Both the position numbers and the translations under genes were made by a program. From an uncultured archaeon (GTDB lineage: Archaea > Aenigmatarchaeota > Aenigmatarchaeia > CG10238-14 > SCSR01), in the NCBI GenBank assembly GCA_964514495.1, contig CAZERL010000003.1, forward strand, positions 1 to 33,643: a DNA stretch of 33,643 nt, given 5' to 3'. Positions 16,153 through 25,972 of this stretch are shown here, piece after piece (the first letter of the stretch is position 1; the number at the start of each line of letters is the position of its first letter). Below the pieces are notes generated by a model. That model made no database searches, was not told the origin of the DNA, and saw only the letters and a list, made by a program, of their open reading frames with translations.

Positions 16153-17220
16153 ATGCTATATGATATACATGAAAAAGTAAAGGAACTTGAAAGTAAAGGA
16201 AAGGAGATAATAAAATTCAACATAGGCGATCCTGATCAAGATACTGATAAAAGAATTGTAAAAATGGCTTTGGAAGCAATTGAAAGGGGTGAAACTAAAT
16301 ATGGAAGTTCTTTTGGAAATCATGAGCTTAGAAAAGAATTGGCGGATATCCATAATGTTGATATAAATAAGGTAATTATCACACCAGGTTCTAAATGGGC
16401 AATATTTTCCACTATGTATTTATTACTTAAAGAAGGGGATAATGTTGTAATACCATCCCCACACTATACTGCATACGAACTTATTGCAAAACAAGTTAAG
16501 GCAAAGGTAAAGCTTTTGGAATGCTCATTAGATAATGATTGGGATATTGATGTAGACAAATTGGAAAATTTGATAGATGACAAAACTAAAATCATTGTAC
16601 TAAATAGTCCTAATAACCCTACGAGTAAAGTTATTAAAAAGAAAACTTTGGAAAATATAGTAGAAACAGCTAACAAAAAAAATATTACTATTCTATCAGA
16701 TGAAGTTTATTCTGATATATCTTTTGTTAAAACGACGAGTATACTAGATATCGATAAAAATCATATTTTTGTGAACAGTTTTTCTAAGACATTTGCTATG
16801 ACAGGATGGAGAATTGGGTATGCGATCATTAGTAAAGAGTTAGCAAACAAAATAGCTACCTTAAATCAAATAACAATAACCAATGTGCCGTTATTTATAC
16901 AAGCAGCTATTTTAAAAGTTCTGAAATATAAAGAGAGAATTTCTAGCAAAATGAGAAATATTTACAAAAAGAGGGCGGATTTAGCTTACAAAATACTATC
17001 CAAAACAAGATTAAAATTCTCGAAGCCTGATGCACCATTTTATCTTTTCCCATATTGTAGAATGAATTCTGAAGAACTTGCCGATAAATTAATTCAAAAA
17101 GGTATAGCAATTGTACCAGGAACAGCTTTTGGTAATTACAAAGAATACTTTAGGTTAGCATTAACATTATCAGATGCAGAAATTAAGACTGGTCTAGAGA
17201 AATTGGTTGAGGTCTTATGA
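16153..17220 (+). CDS. PLP-dependent class I/II aminotransferase (probably aromatic amino acid aminotransferase)
   Basis: IGDPD, LNSPNNPT, SDEVY, NSFSKTFAMTGWRIGY; lies between pheA and tyrA. Confidence 0.9.
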   Translation: MLYDIHEKVKELESKGKEIIKFNIGDPDQDTDKRIVKMALEAIERGETKYGSSFGNHELRKELADIHNVDINKVIITPGSKWAIFSTMYLLLKEGDNVVIPSPHYTAYELIAKQVKAKVKLLECSLDNDWDIDVDKLENLIDDKTKIIVLNSPNNPTSKVIKKKTLENIVETANKKNITILSDEVYSDISFVKTTSILDIDKNHIFVNSFSKTFAMTGWRIGYAIISKELANKIATLNQITITNVPLFIQAAILKVLKYKERISSKMRNIYKKRADLAYKILSKTRLKFSKPDAPFYLFPYCRMNSEELADKLIQKGIAIVPGTAFGNYKEYFRLALTLSDAEIKTGLEKLVEVL

Positions 17221-18053
17221 AAGTAGCAATAATTGGTGGAGCGGGGAAAATGGGTAAGTGGTTTTGTAATTTTTTCCTAAATGAAGGATATGAAGTAATA
17301 GTTTCTGGTAGAAAGGAAACCAAACTAAATAAATTAGTTAAGCAATTTAATGTGAAATCAGCGAAGAACAATATAGAAGCTATAAAAAATGCTGATTTGA
17401 TAATGATTGCTGTCTTATTTCAAGATTTTGAAAGTGTAGTAAAGGAAATTGCACCCGCTATTAATAATACCCAAAAAGTCGTAGATATAACATCAATTAA
17501 AGATCAACCAGTAAAAATAATGCACAAATACATAAAAAGAGGTATTACGTTGGGCGCACATCCCATGTTTGGTCCTAATGTTAAAGACAATAATCATAAT
17601 TTTGTTCTAACACCTGTAACTAAAAAAGAAAGGGCATATGCACAAGAATTTTCAAATTGGTTAACAAAGAAAGGCTTTAATGTTAGCATTATGCCACCTA
17701 GGAGGCATGATGAGTTAATGTCTACTATTTTAGGACTGCCACATTTTATAGGTCTTGTCACTGCAGATACTTTGACAAACTTAAATCTTAAAGAACTTAA
17801 AAAGGTTTGTGGTACAAGTTTTAACATGCTTTTAGAGCTCACAACTAATGTTATATCAAATGACCCAGAATTTTATTCGCACTTACAGATGATCTTACCA
17901 AAAATCAATAAAGTTGAGTCTTTATTTTCTGATAAAACTAAAAAATGGCTAACCATTGTAAATAAAGAAGATAAATCACAATTCAAAAGAGAAATGATAA
18001 AAATAGCACAAAAAAGCAAATATTTATTAGTTAGTAAGGACGAAAATATATAG
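17217..18053 (+). CDS. tyrA: Prephenate/arogenate dehydrogenase
   Basis: IIGGAGKMG, DITSIK, HPMFGP, HDELM..ILGLPH. Confidence 0.93.
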   Translation: MKVAIIGGAGKMGKWFCNFFLNEGYEVIVSGRKETKLNKLVKQFNVKSAKNNIEAIKNADLIMIAVLFQDFESVVKEIAPAINNTQKVVDITSIKDQPVKIMHKYIKRGITLGAHPMFGPNVKDNNHNFVLTPVTKKERAYAQEFSNWLTKKGFNVSIMPPRRHDELMSTILGLPHFIGLVTADTLTNLNLKELKKVCGTSFNMLLELTTNVISNDPEFYSHLQMILPKINKVESLFSDKTKKWLTIVNKEDKSQFKREMIKIAQKSKYLLVSKDENI

Positions 18054-18255
18054 ATATATCATACTTTCTAAGTTTGCCTACATTGGAGGCATATCACAGT
18101 CTGGAAAATCAAAATACCTTTAAGTGACTTCTTTATTGTCATTTAATTCTATCTTCAGCAATAACATGTCCATTTCTGCTATCTTGGTTTTGCGAGAATT
18201 GGTGCAGAATTAGGGGTAAAGTTGATTACCAAAACTTAGTAGATAAGATAAAGTG

Positions 18256-18288
18256 TAGGGCAAAAAAGTTGCCCTAAAGGTTTATAAA
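18256..18288 (+). promoter_or_regulatory. Putative trp-operon promoter: perfect palindrome TAGGGCAA-N5-TTGCCCTA abutting BRE/TATA (TTTATAAA 18281-18288)
   Basis: 8-bp perfect inverted repeat 18256-18276; TATA begins 37 nt before ATG 18318. Confidence 0.65.
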
Positions 18289-18317
18289 TACGAGTATATT
18301 AATTATAAATTGATTGT

Positions 18318-18353
18318 ATGAAGAGTGATTGTGTTTGGCATACCAAGAAGTGA
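18318..18353 (+). other. Zero-frame sensor ORF MKSDCVWHTKK with a Trp +1 frameshift cassette leading into the wHTH gene
   Basis: (G)AGT GAT TGT GTT TGG; the +1 frame is the wHTH ORF; near-leaderless ATG. Confidence 0.7.
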
Positions 18354-18624
18354 ATTTAAGATTTTCTTAGGACAATCGCTCAACAAAAAAGAAACTGAAT
18401 TGCTTCGTTCTTCCAATAGGTTACGAGGAAATACCTTTTATTATGTGGTTAAGAGGTTGTCAGAGAAGGGGTATTCACCAAGTACAATCAAATTTGTTCT
18501 AAAGCGACTTAAATATTTAAACTTGGTTGATTTTGGCGATGGCAAAAGCAGAGGCAAGCCCCTCGTATTAACTGCGTTAGGTCAGATATTCCTAGAAGTC
18601 ATCAGTGGTGAAAAGTATGGGTGA
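18325..18624 (+). CDS. Winged helix-turn-helix protein, putative transcription regulator of trp/aro genes
   Basis: Basic 99 aa protein; SPSTIKFVLKRLKYLNLVDF recognition helix and LTALGQ wing end. Confidence 0.72.
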   Translation: MIVFGIPRSEFKIFLGQSLNKKETELLRSSNRLRGNTFYYVVKRLSEKGYSPSTIKFVLKRLKYLNLVDFGDGKSRGKPLVLTALGQIFLEVISGEKYG

Positions 18625-18679
18625 ATATCTTTGGAAATGCAATGAACTTTGTAGCTCCCAAAAGAATCAAAATAGATAA
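18617..18679 (+). other. Zero-frame sensor [23 protein letters not shown] with a Trp +1 frameshift cassette leading into trpE
   Basis: SD GGTGA(18607)-N5-ATG; GGT GAA TAT CTT TGG; the +1 frame is trpE. Confidence 0.7.
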
Positions 18680-19991
18680 GAAAATAGATACAAAATTTTC
18701 GCCTTTTGAAATTTACTGTAAGATTAATGAAAATTTTGGAACTTCTTTCCTTTTAGAATCAAGAGAAGGTAAAAGAAAGTTGGCTAGATTCTCTTTTATA
18801 GGATTTGAGCCTTCTCATATATTAAAAGCAAATAGCAAATTCCTAACTATCAATGATAAGAAGATTATTTGTAAAGATCCCTTATTAGAATTGCGTTCAA
18901 TAGTTTCTAAAAAATTTGGGATTAGATCTGGTTTCTTAGGCGGTGCAGTAGGATACATAACCTATGATTATGTCAGAAGTATAGAAACTATACCTAATAC
19001 AACAAAAGATGAATTCAAGTTTCCAGATTTCGAATTCGGTATATTTCAAGATTGCTTAGTATTTAATCATAGGAAAAATGAATTGAGATATCTTTCATGT
19101 GATAAGAATAGATTACCTTTAATTAAAAAAATCATACATAAAGAAACCAATAACTCTAATCTAGAGATTGGAAAAATAAAAGCAAACATGAGTAAAAGAA
19201 GATTTGAAAACATCGTAAGCAAATCTAAAGAATACATAAAAAGTGGTGATATACTCCAAGTGGTTTTGTCTAGAAGGTACAAATTCTCTTTTAAAGGAAA
19301 CCTTATTGAATTTTACAAAAATCTCAGAAAAATCAACCCATCACCATACATGTATTACATAAAATTTGGAAAAAGACAAATTATTGGAACTAGTCCTGAG
19401 AATCTAGTTAGAGTAGAAGGCAAAAAAATAGATAGCTATGCAACCATTGCTGGAACAAGACATAGAGGGAAAACAAAAGCCGAAGATAAAAAGTTAGAAA
19501 AGGAATTGTTGTCAGATAAAAAGGAACGAGCAGAACATCTGATGCTTGTAGATCTGACAAGGAATGACATTGGAAAGGTATCTAGTTTTGGTTCTGTCAA
19601 AGTTCCAGAGTTCATGCAAGTATACAAATTCAGTCATGTACAACATATTGTATCTAGAGTCGCAGGAAAATTAAACAACCATGATTGTTTTGACGTATTC
19701 AAATCCATATTCCCTGCTGGAACAGTCAGTGGTGCACCGAAGATTAGAGCAATGGAAATAATTGAAGAATTAGAACCTGCTAAAAGAGGACCTTATGCTG
19801 GTGCAGTTGGTTATTTTTCCTTTAATGGTAATGCTGACTTTGCGATAACTATCAGAAGCCTATTTGCAAATGACAATAAGGCATTTATTCAGGTTGGAGC
19901 CGGCATAGTATACGATTCTATTCCAGAAAGAGAATTTTTTGAAACAGAAAATAAAGCAAAGGCTTTGTTAAAGGCTTTAAAAGGTGATTAA
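18621..19991 (+). CDS. trpE: Anthranilate synthase component I
   Basis: [66 protein letters not shown]. Confidence 0.96.
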   Translation: MNIFGNAMNFVAPKRIKIDKKIDTKFSPFEIYCKINENFGTSFLLESREGKRKLARFSFIGFEPSHILKANSKFLTINDKKIICKDPLLELRSIVSKKFGIRSGFLGGAVGYITYDYVRSIETIPNTTKDEFKFPDFEFGIFQDCLVFNHRKNELRYLSCDKNRLPLIKKIIHKETNNSNLEIGKIKANMSKRRFENIVSKSKEYIKSGDILQVVLSRRYKFSFKGNLIEFYKNLRKINPSPYMYYIKFGKRQIIGTSPENLVRVEGKKIDSYATIAGTRHRGKTKAEDKKLEKELLSDKKERAEHLMLVDLTRNDIGKVSSFGSVKVPEFMQVYKFSHVQHIVSRVAGKLNNHDCFDVFKSIFPAGTVSGAPKIRAMEIIEELEPAKRGPYAGAVGYFSFNGNADFAITIRSLFANDNKAFIQVGAGIVYDSIPEREFFETENKAKALLKALKGD

Positions 19992-19993
19992 AA

Positions 19994-20533
19994 GTGAGTC
20001 AATTAGATGAAATTAAAAATGAATTAAAAATATATTCAGATTTCCCAAAAAAAGGAATTAAGTTTTTAGATATCAGTCCATTAATCAGCAATCCAAAGAA
20101 TTTTAGAACAGTAATAAATGCTCTATACAAAAAATACAAAAATTCTGGAATAAATAAAATAATTGCTGTCGAATCTCGTGGGTTCTTGTTTGCTAGTGCA
20201 TTAGCATTGTTAATGAAAGCTCCTTTGGTTATGGCTAGGAAGAAAGGCAAACTTCCAGGTACTGTTATTAGTTATTATTACAAATCAGAATATGGTAAAA
20301 ACGTACTTGAACTACGAAAAGATTCAATTAATCCAAATGATAAACCTTTGGTACTTGATGATGTTTTCGCAACTGGAGGTACGCTTAATGCAGTTATATC
20401 CATTTTGAAGAAAATAGGCTGTTCTGATTATAGATGTTGTACAATAATAAATCTGACGGATATCGAAAAGAAATATAATCCTGGTAATGTTAACTCTTTG
20501 ATTGATTTTTCTGTTAATGGTGAGATTCTATGA
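19994..20533 (+). CDS. apt: Adenine phosphoribosyltransferase-like type I PRTase
   Basis: [50 protein letters not shown] loop. Confidence 0.88.
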   Translation: MSQLDEIKNELKIYSDFPKKGIKFLDISPLISNPKNFRTVINALYKKYKNSGINKIIAVESRGFLFASALALLMKAPLVMARKKGKLPGTVISYYYKSEYGKNVLELRKDSINPNDKPLVLDDVFATGGTLNAVISILKKIGCSDYRCCTIINLTDIEKKYNPGNVNSLIDFSVNGEIL

Positions 20534-21108
20534 AAATTCTTATTATTGATAATTACGATTCATTCGTATACAATCTTTACCAATATTTTGGTAGTTTGGG
20601 AAATGATGTAATTGTAATCAGGAGTGATAAACTTACACTAGAAGACGTTAGCAAATTAGCACCAGACAAGATTGTAATATCACCTGGTCCAGGTTCACCT
20701 GAAGATAGGAAATATTTTGGTGTCTGTTTGGATGTTATAAAAAGATTCGGTAAAAAAATTCCAATATTGGGAGTTTGTTTGGGACATCAAGGAATAATTT
20801 ATTCATTTGGCGGCAGGATAGTTAGGGCAAAAGAACCAATGCATGGTAAAACTAGTTCAATTAAACACAATGGTAAAGATATTTTCAAAGATATACCAAA
20901 TCCAATTATAGGAACTAGGTATCATTCTTTAGTTGGTGAAAAATCTTCATTACCTCAATGTTTAGAGGTAACTGCAACCAGTTTAGATGACAAGGAAATA
21001 ATGGCAATAAAACATAAAGAATATCCTATATATGGCGTCCAATTTCATCCTGAAGCTATAATGACACAACATGGTATGAGGATAATTGAAAATTTTTTGG
21101 TGATTTGA
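20530..21108 (+). CDS. trpG: Anthranilate synthase component II (glutamine amidotransferase)
   Basis: IDNYDSF.YNL.QY, ISPGPG.P, GVCLGHQ, HGK.S, RYHSL, GVQFHPE. Confidence 0.96.
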   Translation: MKILIIDNYDSFVYNLYQYFGSLGNDVIVIRSDKLTLEDVSKLAPDKIVISPGPGSPEDRKYFGVCLDVIKRFGKKIPILGVCLGHQGIIYSFGGRIVRAKEPMHGKTSSIKHNGKDIFKDIPNPIIGTRYHSLVGEKSSLPQCLEVTATSLDDKEIMAIKHKEYPIYGVQFHPEAIMTQHGMRIIENFLVI

Positions 21109-22121
21109 TGGAAATAAAAACAATATTGAAAAAAGTAGTCAATTATCAGAATTTAACGGAAAAAGAGGCAGAATTCGCCATAAATCAAATAACAGAAGGT
21201 AAATTAACTAATGCACAAATAGTCTGTTTGCTTATTGCATTGAAAATGAAAGGAGAAACTGTAGAAGAGATTACTGCTTTCGCAAAAGTTATGAGAGAAA
21301 AGGCATTTAAAATAAAACCTCGTGTAAAGATGCTCGTTGACGTATGCGGTACTGGTGGTGATGTTAGTAATAGTTTTAATATTTCTACAACTGCAGCTTT
21401 TGTTGTAGCAGGTGCTGGGATACCTGTAGCAAAACACGGCAACAGATCTGTGTCCAGTAAATGTGGTTCAGCTGATGTTTTAGAATATCTTGGGATTGAC
21501 TTAAACTTAACGCCGAAGAAAATAGAAAAAATTATTGAGAAGATTGGAATAGGATTCTTGTTTGCACCATCTTTCCATCCTTCAATGAAACATGTTAAAG
21601 ATGCGAGAAGAGAGATTGGCATAAGAACTATATTTAATATTTTAGGTCCTTTGACTAATCCTGCAAATGCAAACATTCAACTTATGGGCGTATTTGACCC
21701 GAATTTAACTGAACCTTTAGTTCATGTTCTCAAAAATCTTGGACTAAAATCAACATTAGTTGTTCATGGCTCTGGTTTAGATGAAATAACAACTACAGGA
21801 AAAACTAAGATTTCTGAATTATATAATGGTAAAATTAAAACTTATTATATAAAACCTGAAAATTTTAGTTTCAAACAAAACAAGCTTAGTGAAATTCAAA
21901 CTAAATCTATCAAAGAAAATGCAAACTCATTGTTAGATGTATTGAAAGGTAACAATAGTGCAAAAAGAAATATCGTGTTGATGAATGCTGGTGCTACGAT
22001 ATACATAGCTGGAAAGGCTTCCAGCATTAAAGAAGGTATAGGAATTGCTAAAGACTCTATAGATTCTGGCAAGGCTTTAGAAAAACTATATATGTTGAGG
22101 GATTTCAATGGACATTCTTGA
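21105..22121 (+). CDS. trpD: Anthranilate phosphoribosyltransferase
   Basis: [50 protein letters not shown]; ATG at 21108. Confidence 0.96.
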   Translation: MMEIKTILKKVVNYQNLTEKEAEFAINQITEGKLTNAQIVCLLIALKMKGETVEEITAFAKVMREKAFKIKPRVKMLVDVCGTGGDVSNSFNISTTAAFVVAGAGIPVAKHGNRSVSSKCGSADVLEYLGIDLNLTPKKIEKIIEKIGIGFLFAPSFHPSMKHVKDARREIGIRTIFNILGPLTNPANANIQLMGVFDPNLTEPLVHVLKNLGLKSTLVVHGSGLDEITTTGKTKISELYNGKIKTYYIKPENFSFKQNKLSEIQTKSIKENANSLLDVLKGNNSAKRNIVLMNAGATIYIAGKASSIKEGIGIAKDSIDSGKALEKLYMLRDFNGHS

Positions 22122-22878
22122 TAAATTCATTGAACAAGCAAAAGAGAATATAAGAAACGGATATTATAATCCATATAGTAAGATTGAATTAAACAAAAAA
22201 AGAATTTCTCTAAAACAAAAACTAACTCAACATTTTACTTTAATTGCAGAAATAAAACATGCTTCACCTGCTGGAGAATATTCTTTCGATTACATAGATG
22301 TTGAAAAGGCTGCATTTACATTTAGAGATGCTGGTGTGGATGCTATTTCAGTGGTAGTAGAACCAAAAATTTTCAAGGGGCATTTGAATAACATTATCAT
22401 TACAAAAAAAACCAGTTTACCTGTACTTTTCAAAGATTTTATCATTAACGAAACTCAAATAAGAACTGCCGCAGCATTGGGAGCAGATTGTATACTTCTA
22501 ATTATGAAAGTGGCAGAGAGGTTGAATCTAGACCTTAACAAGTTCATAAAAACAGCTCATTCTTATGGTTTAGAAGTCTTATTGGAATGCTATGACAAAA
22601 AAGAAATGCAAAAAGCACTGGAGACAGAAGCTGATATTCTTGGCATAAATAATAGAGATTTACGAACATTGCAAGTTGGTTTAAATCGGACTAAAGAGAT
22701 TATGGAATATTTTAATGGTACAAATAGGTTAGATAGACCAGTCATAAGCGAGAGTGGGATAAAATCGAGGAAAGATGCTGAATTTGTAAAATCAACAGGA
22801 GTAAACGGTATACTAGTTGGCACCGCCATTTGGACTGCAGCATATCAATATGCAAAAATCAAGGAACTTAGGTTGTGA
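22108..22878 (+). CDS. trpC: Indole-3-glycerol phosphate synthase (monofunctional)
   Basis: IAEIK.ASP, AISV..EP..F.G, PVL.KDFI, GAD.ILLI, GINNRDL, ISESGI. Confidence 0.93.
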   Translation: MDILDKFIEQAKENIRNGYYNPYSKIELNKKRISLKQKLTQHFTLIAEIKHASPAGEYSFDYIDVEKAAFTFRDAGVDAISVVVEPKIFKGHLNNIIITKKTSLPVLFKDFIINETQIRTAAALGADCILLIMKVAERLNLDLNKFIKTAHSYGLEVLLECYDKKEMQKALETEADILGINNRDLRTLQVGLNRTKEIMEYFNGTNRLDRPVISESGIKSRKDAEFVKSTGVNGILVGTAIWTAAYQYAKIKELRL

Positions 22879-24047
22879 TTGAGATGAAAAGTAAATTTGG
22901 AGAATTTGGTGGGAGGTTTGTCCCAGAAACATTAATGCCTGCTTTAGAAGAATTGGGTGAGGCATGCAAGAAATATTTGAATGATTCGAAATTTAAAAAA
23001 GAACTCAATGAACTGTTAAGAAATTATGCTGGCAGGCCAACACCTCTTTACTTTGCAGAATCACTTAGCAAGCATTTGAATGTGAAAATTTATTTCAAGC
23101 GCGAAGACTTACTACATGGCGGAGCGCATAAGATAAACAATACATTAGGACAAGTTTTATTAGCAAAAAGAATGGGAAAGACAAGAGTTATAGCAGAAAC
23201 TGGTGCTGGCCAGCATGGTGTGGCTACTGCAATGGCTTGTGCTGCATTAGGATTAAAATGCGAAATTTACATGGGTGCTGTGGATGTAGAGAGACAGAAG
23301 CCGAATGTATTAAGGATGAAATTATGCGGAGCTAAACTAAATATTGTTCATAGTGGCTCAAAAACATTGAAAGATGCTATTAACGAAGCATTGAGGGATT
23401 GGGTCACTAATGTCAAAAATACATATTACATGCTTGGCTCAGTAGTAGGACCACATCCTTATCCAACCATGGTTAGAGAATTCCAAAGAGTAATAGGGAA
23501 AGAAACAAAACGACAGTGTTTAAATCAAATAGGAAGACTGCCAGAGATTATAGTAGCCTGTGTTGGTGGAGGGAGTAATGCAATTGGAATCTTCTACGAT
23601 TTCCTTAAAGATAAGAAAATAAAGTTAATAGGTATTGAAGCTGCTGGCAAAGGGTTGAATACAAACAAGACTGCCGCCACATTATCTAAAGGTTCGAAAG
23701 GTGTGCTACATGGTTCACTTAGTTATTTACTTCAAGATGCACAAGGCCAAGTTAGTACAACCCACAGCATTGCAGCTGGCTTAGATTATCCTGGAGTAGG
23801 GCCCGAGCATGCTTACTTGAAACATCTCGAGAGAATTAAATATACATCTGTTACTGATAAAGAAGCTCTTGAAGCTTTCAAATTACTATCAAAATTAGAA
23901 GGGATTATACCAGCGTTAGAGCCATCTCATGCTATTGCGTATGTAATGAAGATCGCTAATCAACTAAAAAATAAAACTGTTGTAATAAACCTCTCGGGAA
24001 GAGGTGACAAAGATATAGAACAACTTGAACTAGGTGATATGACATGA
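22875..24047 (+). CDS. trpB: Tryptophan synthase beta subunit (TrpB1)
   Basis: [64 protein letters not shown]; ATG at 22884. Confidence 0.97.
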   Translation: MIEMKSKFGEFGGRFVPETLMPALEELGEACKKYLNDSKFKKELNELLRNYAGRPTPLYFAESLSKHLNVKIYFKREDLLHGGAHKINNTLGQVLLAKRMGKTRVIAETGAGQHGVATAMACAALGLKCEIYMGAVDVERQKPNVLRMKLCGAKLNIVHSGSKTLKDAINEALRDWVTNVKNTYYMLGSVVGPHPYPTMVREFQRVIGKETKRQCLNQIGRLPEIIVACVGGGSNAIGIFYDFLKDKKIKLIGIEAAGKGLNTNKTAATLSKGSKGVLHGSLSYLLQDAQGQVSTTHSIAAGLDYPGVGPEHAYLKHLERIKYTSVTDKEALEAFKLLSKLEGIIPALEPSHAIAYVMKIANQLKNKTVVINLSGRGDKDIEQLELGDMT

Positions 24048-24823
24048 CACTTATTGATGACGTGTTTAATAAATTGAGAGTCAACAAAGAGAAAGCGTTG
24101 ATTACTTACATATGCGGTGGTGATCCTGACATCAAGACTAGCATAGAAATAGCTAAGGTTGTTGAAAAATATTCTGACATAATTGAATTAGGTATACCAT
24201 TTAGCGATCCGATAGCTGACGGACCTACGATACAAAAAGCTACTGAAAGGTCACTAGCAACTGGAACTAAAACAAAAGATGTATTAAAGATTGCTTCTGT
24301 TCTTAAGAAACCAGTTGTAATAATGACTTACTATAATATAATTTACAAATATGGTATAAGGCAATTCTGCAATGATGCAAAAAGAAATAATGTGCATGGA
24401 ATAATCATACCAGACTTGCCTCCTGAAGAAGCTAAAGATATTGTAAAGCATGCTGATGGCTTGAATTTGATATTTTTGATATCACCATTCTCTACGGATG
24501 AAAGAATAAAATTAATATCTAAAATTTCCTCTGGATTTGTTTATCTTGTATCTTTGCTAGGTACAACCGGAGAAAGGGAACAAGTGTCTAAAGATGCGAA
24601 ACAATTAGTAACGCGAGTGAGAAAATATACGAACAAACCTTTAGTGTTAGGATTTGGTATATCCAAGCCTGAGCATGTCAAGACTGCATTAAGTTATGGT
24701 GCAGATGGTGTAGTGGTTGGTAGTGCGATTGTAAAGTTAATAGAACAGAATTTAAGCAACAAACTCGATATTTTAAATAAACTAGAAACATTTTGTAGAA
24801 GATTGAAAGAAGCAACAAGATGA
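24044..24823 (+). CDS. trpA: Tryptophan synthase alpha subunit
   Basis: [51 protein letters not shown]. Confidence 0.97.
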   Translation: MTLIDDVFNKLRVNKEKALITYICGGDPDIKTSIEIAKVVEKYSDIIELGIPFSDPIADGPTIQKATERSLATGTKTKDVLKIASVLKKPVVIMTYYNIIYKYGIRQFCNDAKRNNVHGIIIPDLPPEEAKDIVKHADGLNLIFLISPFSTDERIKLISKISSGFVYLVSLLGTTGEREQVSKDAKQLVTRVRKYTNKPLVLGFGISKPEHVKTALSYGADGVVVGSAIVKLIEQNLSNKLDILNKLETFCRRLKEATR

Positions 24824-25947
24824 TAGCAATGACTAAAGAATTTGTAGTCACACCATGGGAAGTTAAAGGTGATATTGATTATGATAAGTTGGTAAAGCAG
24901 TTTGGTGTAAAGTTAATCGACGATTCAATTCTAAAGAGAGTGGAGAAACTTACTGGAGAATTGCATTATTTCCTTAAGAGAAAGATTTTCTTTTCTCATA
25001 TGTATTTTGACTCGATTCTGGAAGATGTTGAAAACAAGAAGAAGTTTTATCTGTATACAGGGCGAGCCCCATCCGGACCAGTTCATTTGGGACATTTGAT
25101 TCCATGGATATTTTGCAAATGGTTGCAGGATAAATTAGATGTGAACTTATTGTTCCAAATACCCGATGAAGAGAAGTTTTTCTTCAAGGAAGAACTGACA
25201 TTGGAAGATACGAAGAAATGGGCTTATGAAAATATACTAGATATAACAGCTATTGGGTTTGACCACAAGAAGACGAAGATATTTTTGGATACAGAATATG
25301 CAGGACATATGTACAAGTATGCTTGCTTGGTTGCAAAGAAAACCACATTATCTACTGCCAAAGCCTTGTTCGGATTCAATGATTCTAATAATTTGGGTGA
25401 AGTATTCTATACAAGCATGCAGTCTGTACCGTCATTTATGCCTACTATACTGGAAGGTAAATCAACGCAGTGTTTGATTCCTTGTGCCATAGATCAGGAC
25501 GTCCATTTCCGTTTAACCAGAGATGTTGCGCCGAAGATAGGATATCCAAAGCCAGCAACTATACTTTGCAGATTTTTGCCAAGCCTTGCAGAGGGAGGGA
25601 AGATGTCTACCTCAGTCGAAAATACAGCAATCTTTACTAACGATAAACCAGAACAAGTTAGAAATAAAATTTTGAAATATGCATTCTCTGGGGGAAGGGA
25701 TACTGTAGAAGAGCATAGAAAGAAGGGTGGTGTGCCTGAGGTTGATGTATCTTACCAGTATCTTACATACTATCTTGAAGATGACAAGAAACTAAAGAAA
25801 ATTTATGAAGATTATAAGTCTGGGAAAATGCTGACTGGTGAACTTAAAGAAATTACAATTGGGTTAATAAACAAATTCTTGAAAGACCACCAAAATAAAA
25901 AAGAGAAGGCAAAAGACGTGATCGAGAAATTTATGTTAAGAGATTAA
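24820..25947 (+). CDS. trpS: Tryptophanyl-tRNA synthetase (archaeal/eukaryotic type)
   Basis: VTPWEV.G.IDYDKL, YTGRAPSG.VHLGH, PCAIDQD.HFRLTRD, KMSTS, YAFSGG. Confidence 0.96.
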   Translation: MIAMTKEFVVTPWEVKGDIDYDKLVKQFGVKLIDDSILKRVEKLTGELHYFLKRKIFFSHMYFDSILEDVENKKKFYLYTGRAPSGPVHLGHLIPWIFCKWLQDKLDVNLLFQIPDEEKFFFKEELTLEDTKKWAYENILDITAIGFDHKKTKIFLDTEYAGHMYKYACLVAKKTTLSTAKALFGFNDSNNLGEVFYTSMQSVPSFMPTILEGKSTQCLIPCAIDQDVHFRLTRDVAPKIGYPKPATILCRFLPSLAEGGKMSTSVENTAIFTNDKPEQVRNKILKYAFSGGRDTVEEHRKKGGVPEVDVSYQYLTYYLEDDKKLKKIYEDYKSGKMLTGELKEITIGLINKFLKDHQNKKEKAKDVIEKFMLRD

Positions 25948-25972
25948 ATAAACTAAATTTAAAAGATATTGT

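Noticed and set aside
15330-17240. Phe- or Tyr-specific cassettes at the pheA, aminotransferase and tyrA starts
   Set aside because: Inspected; each has an ordinary in-frame ATG coupled to the upstream stop and no GGTGA-N4-STT-T motif.
18054-18210. Possible gene remnant or terminator after tyrA
   Set aside because: Only very short ORFs on either strand and no convincing motif.
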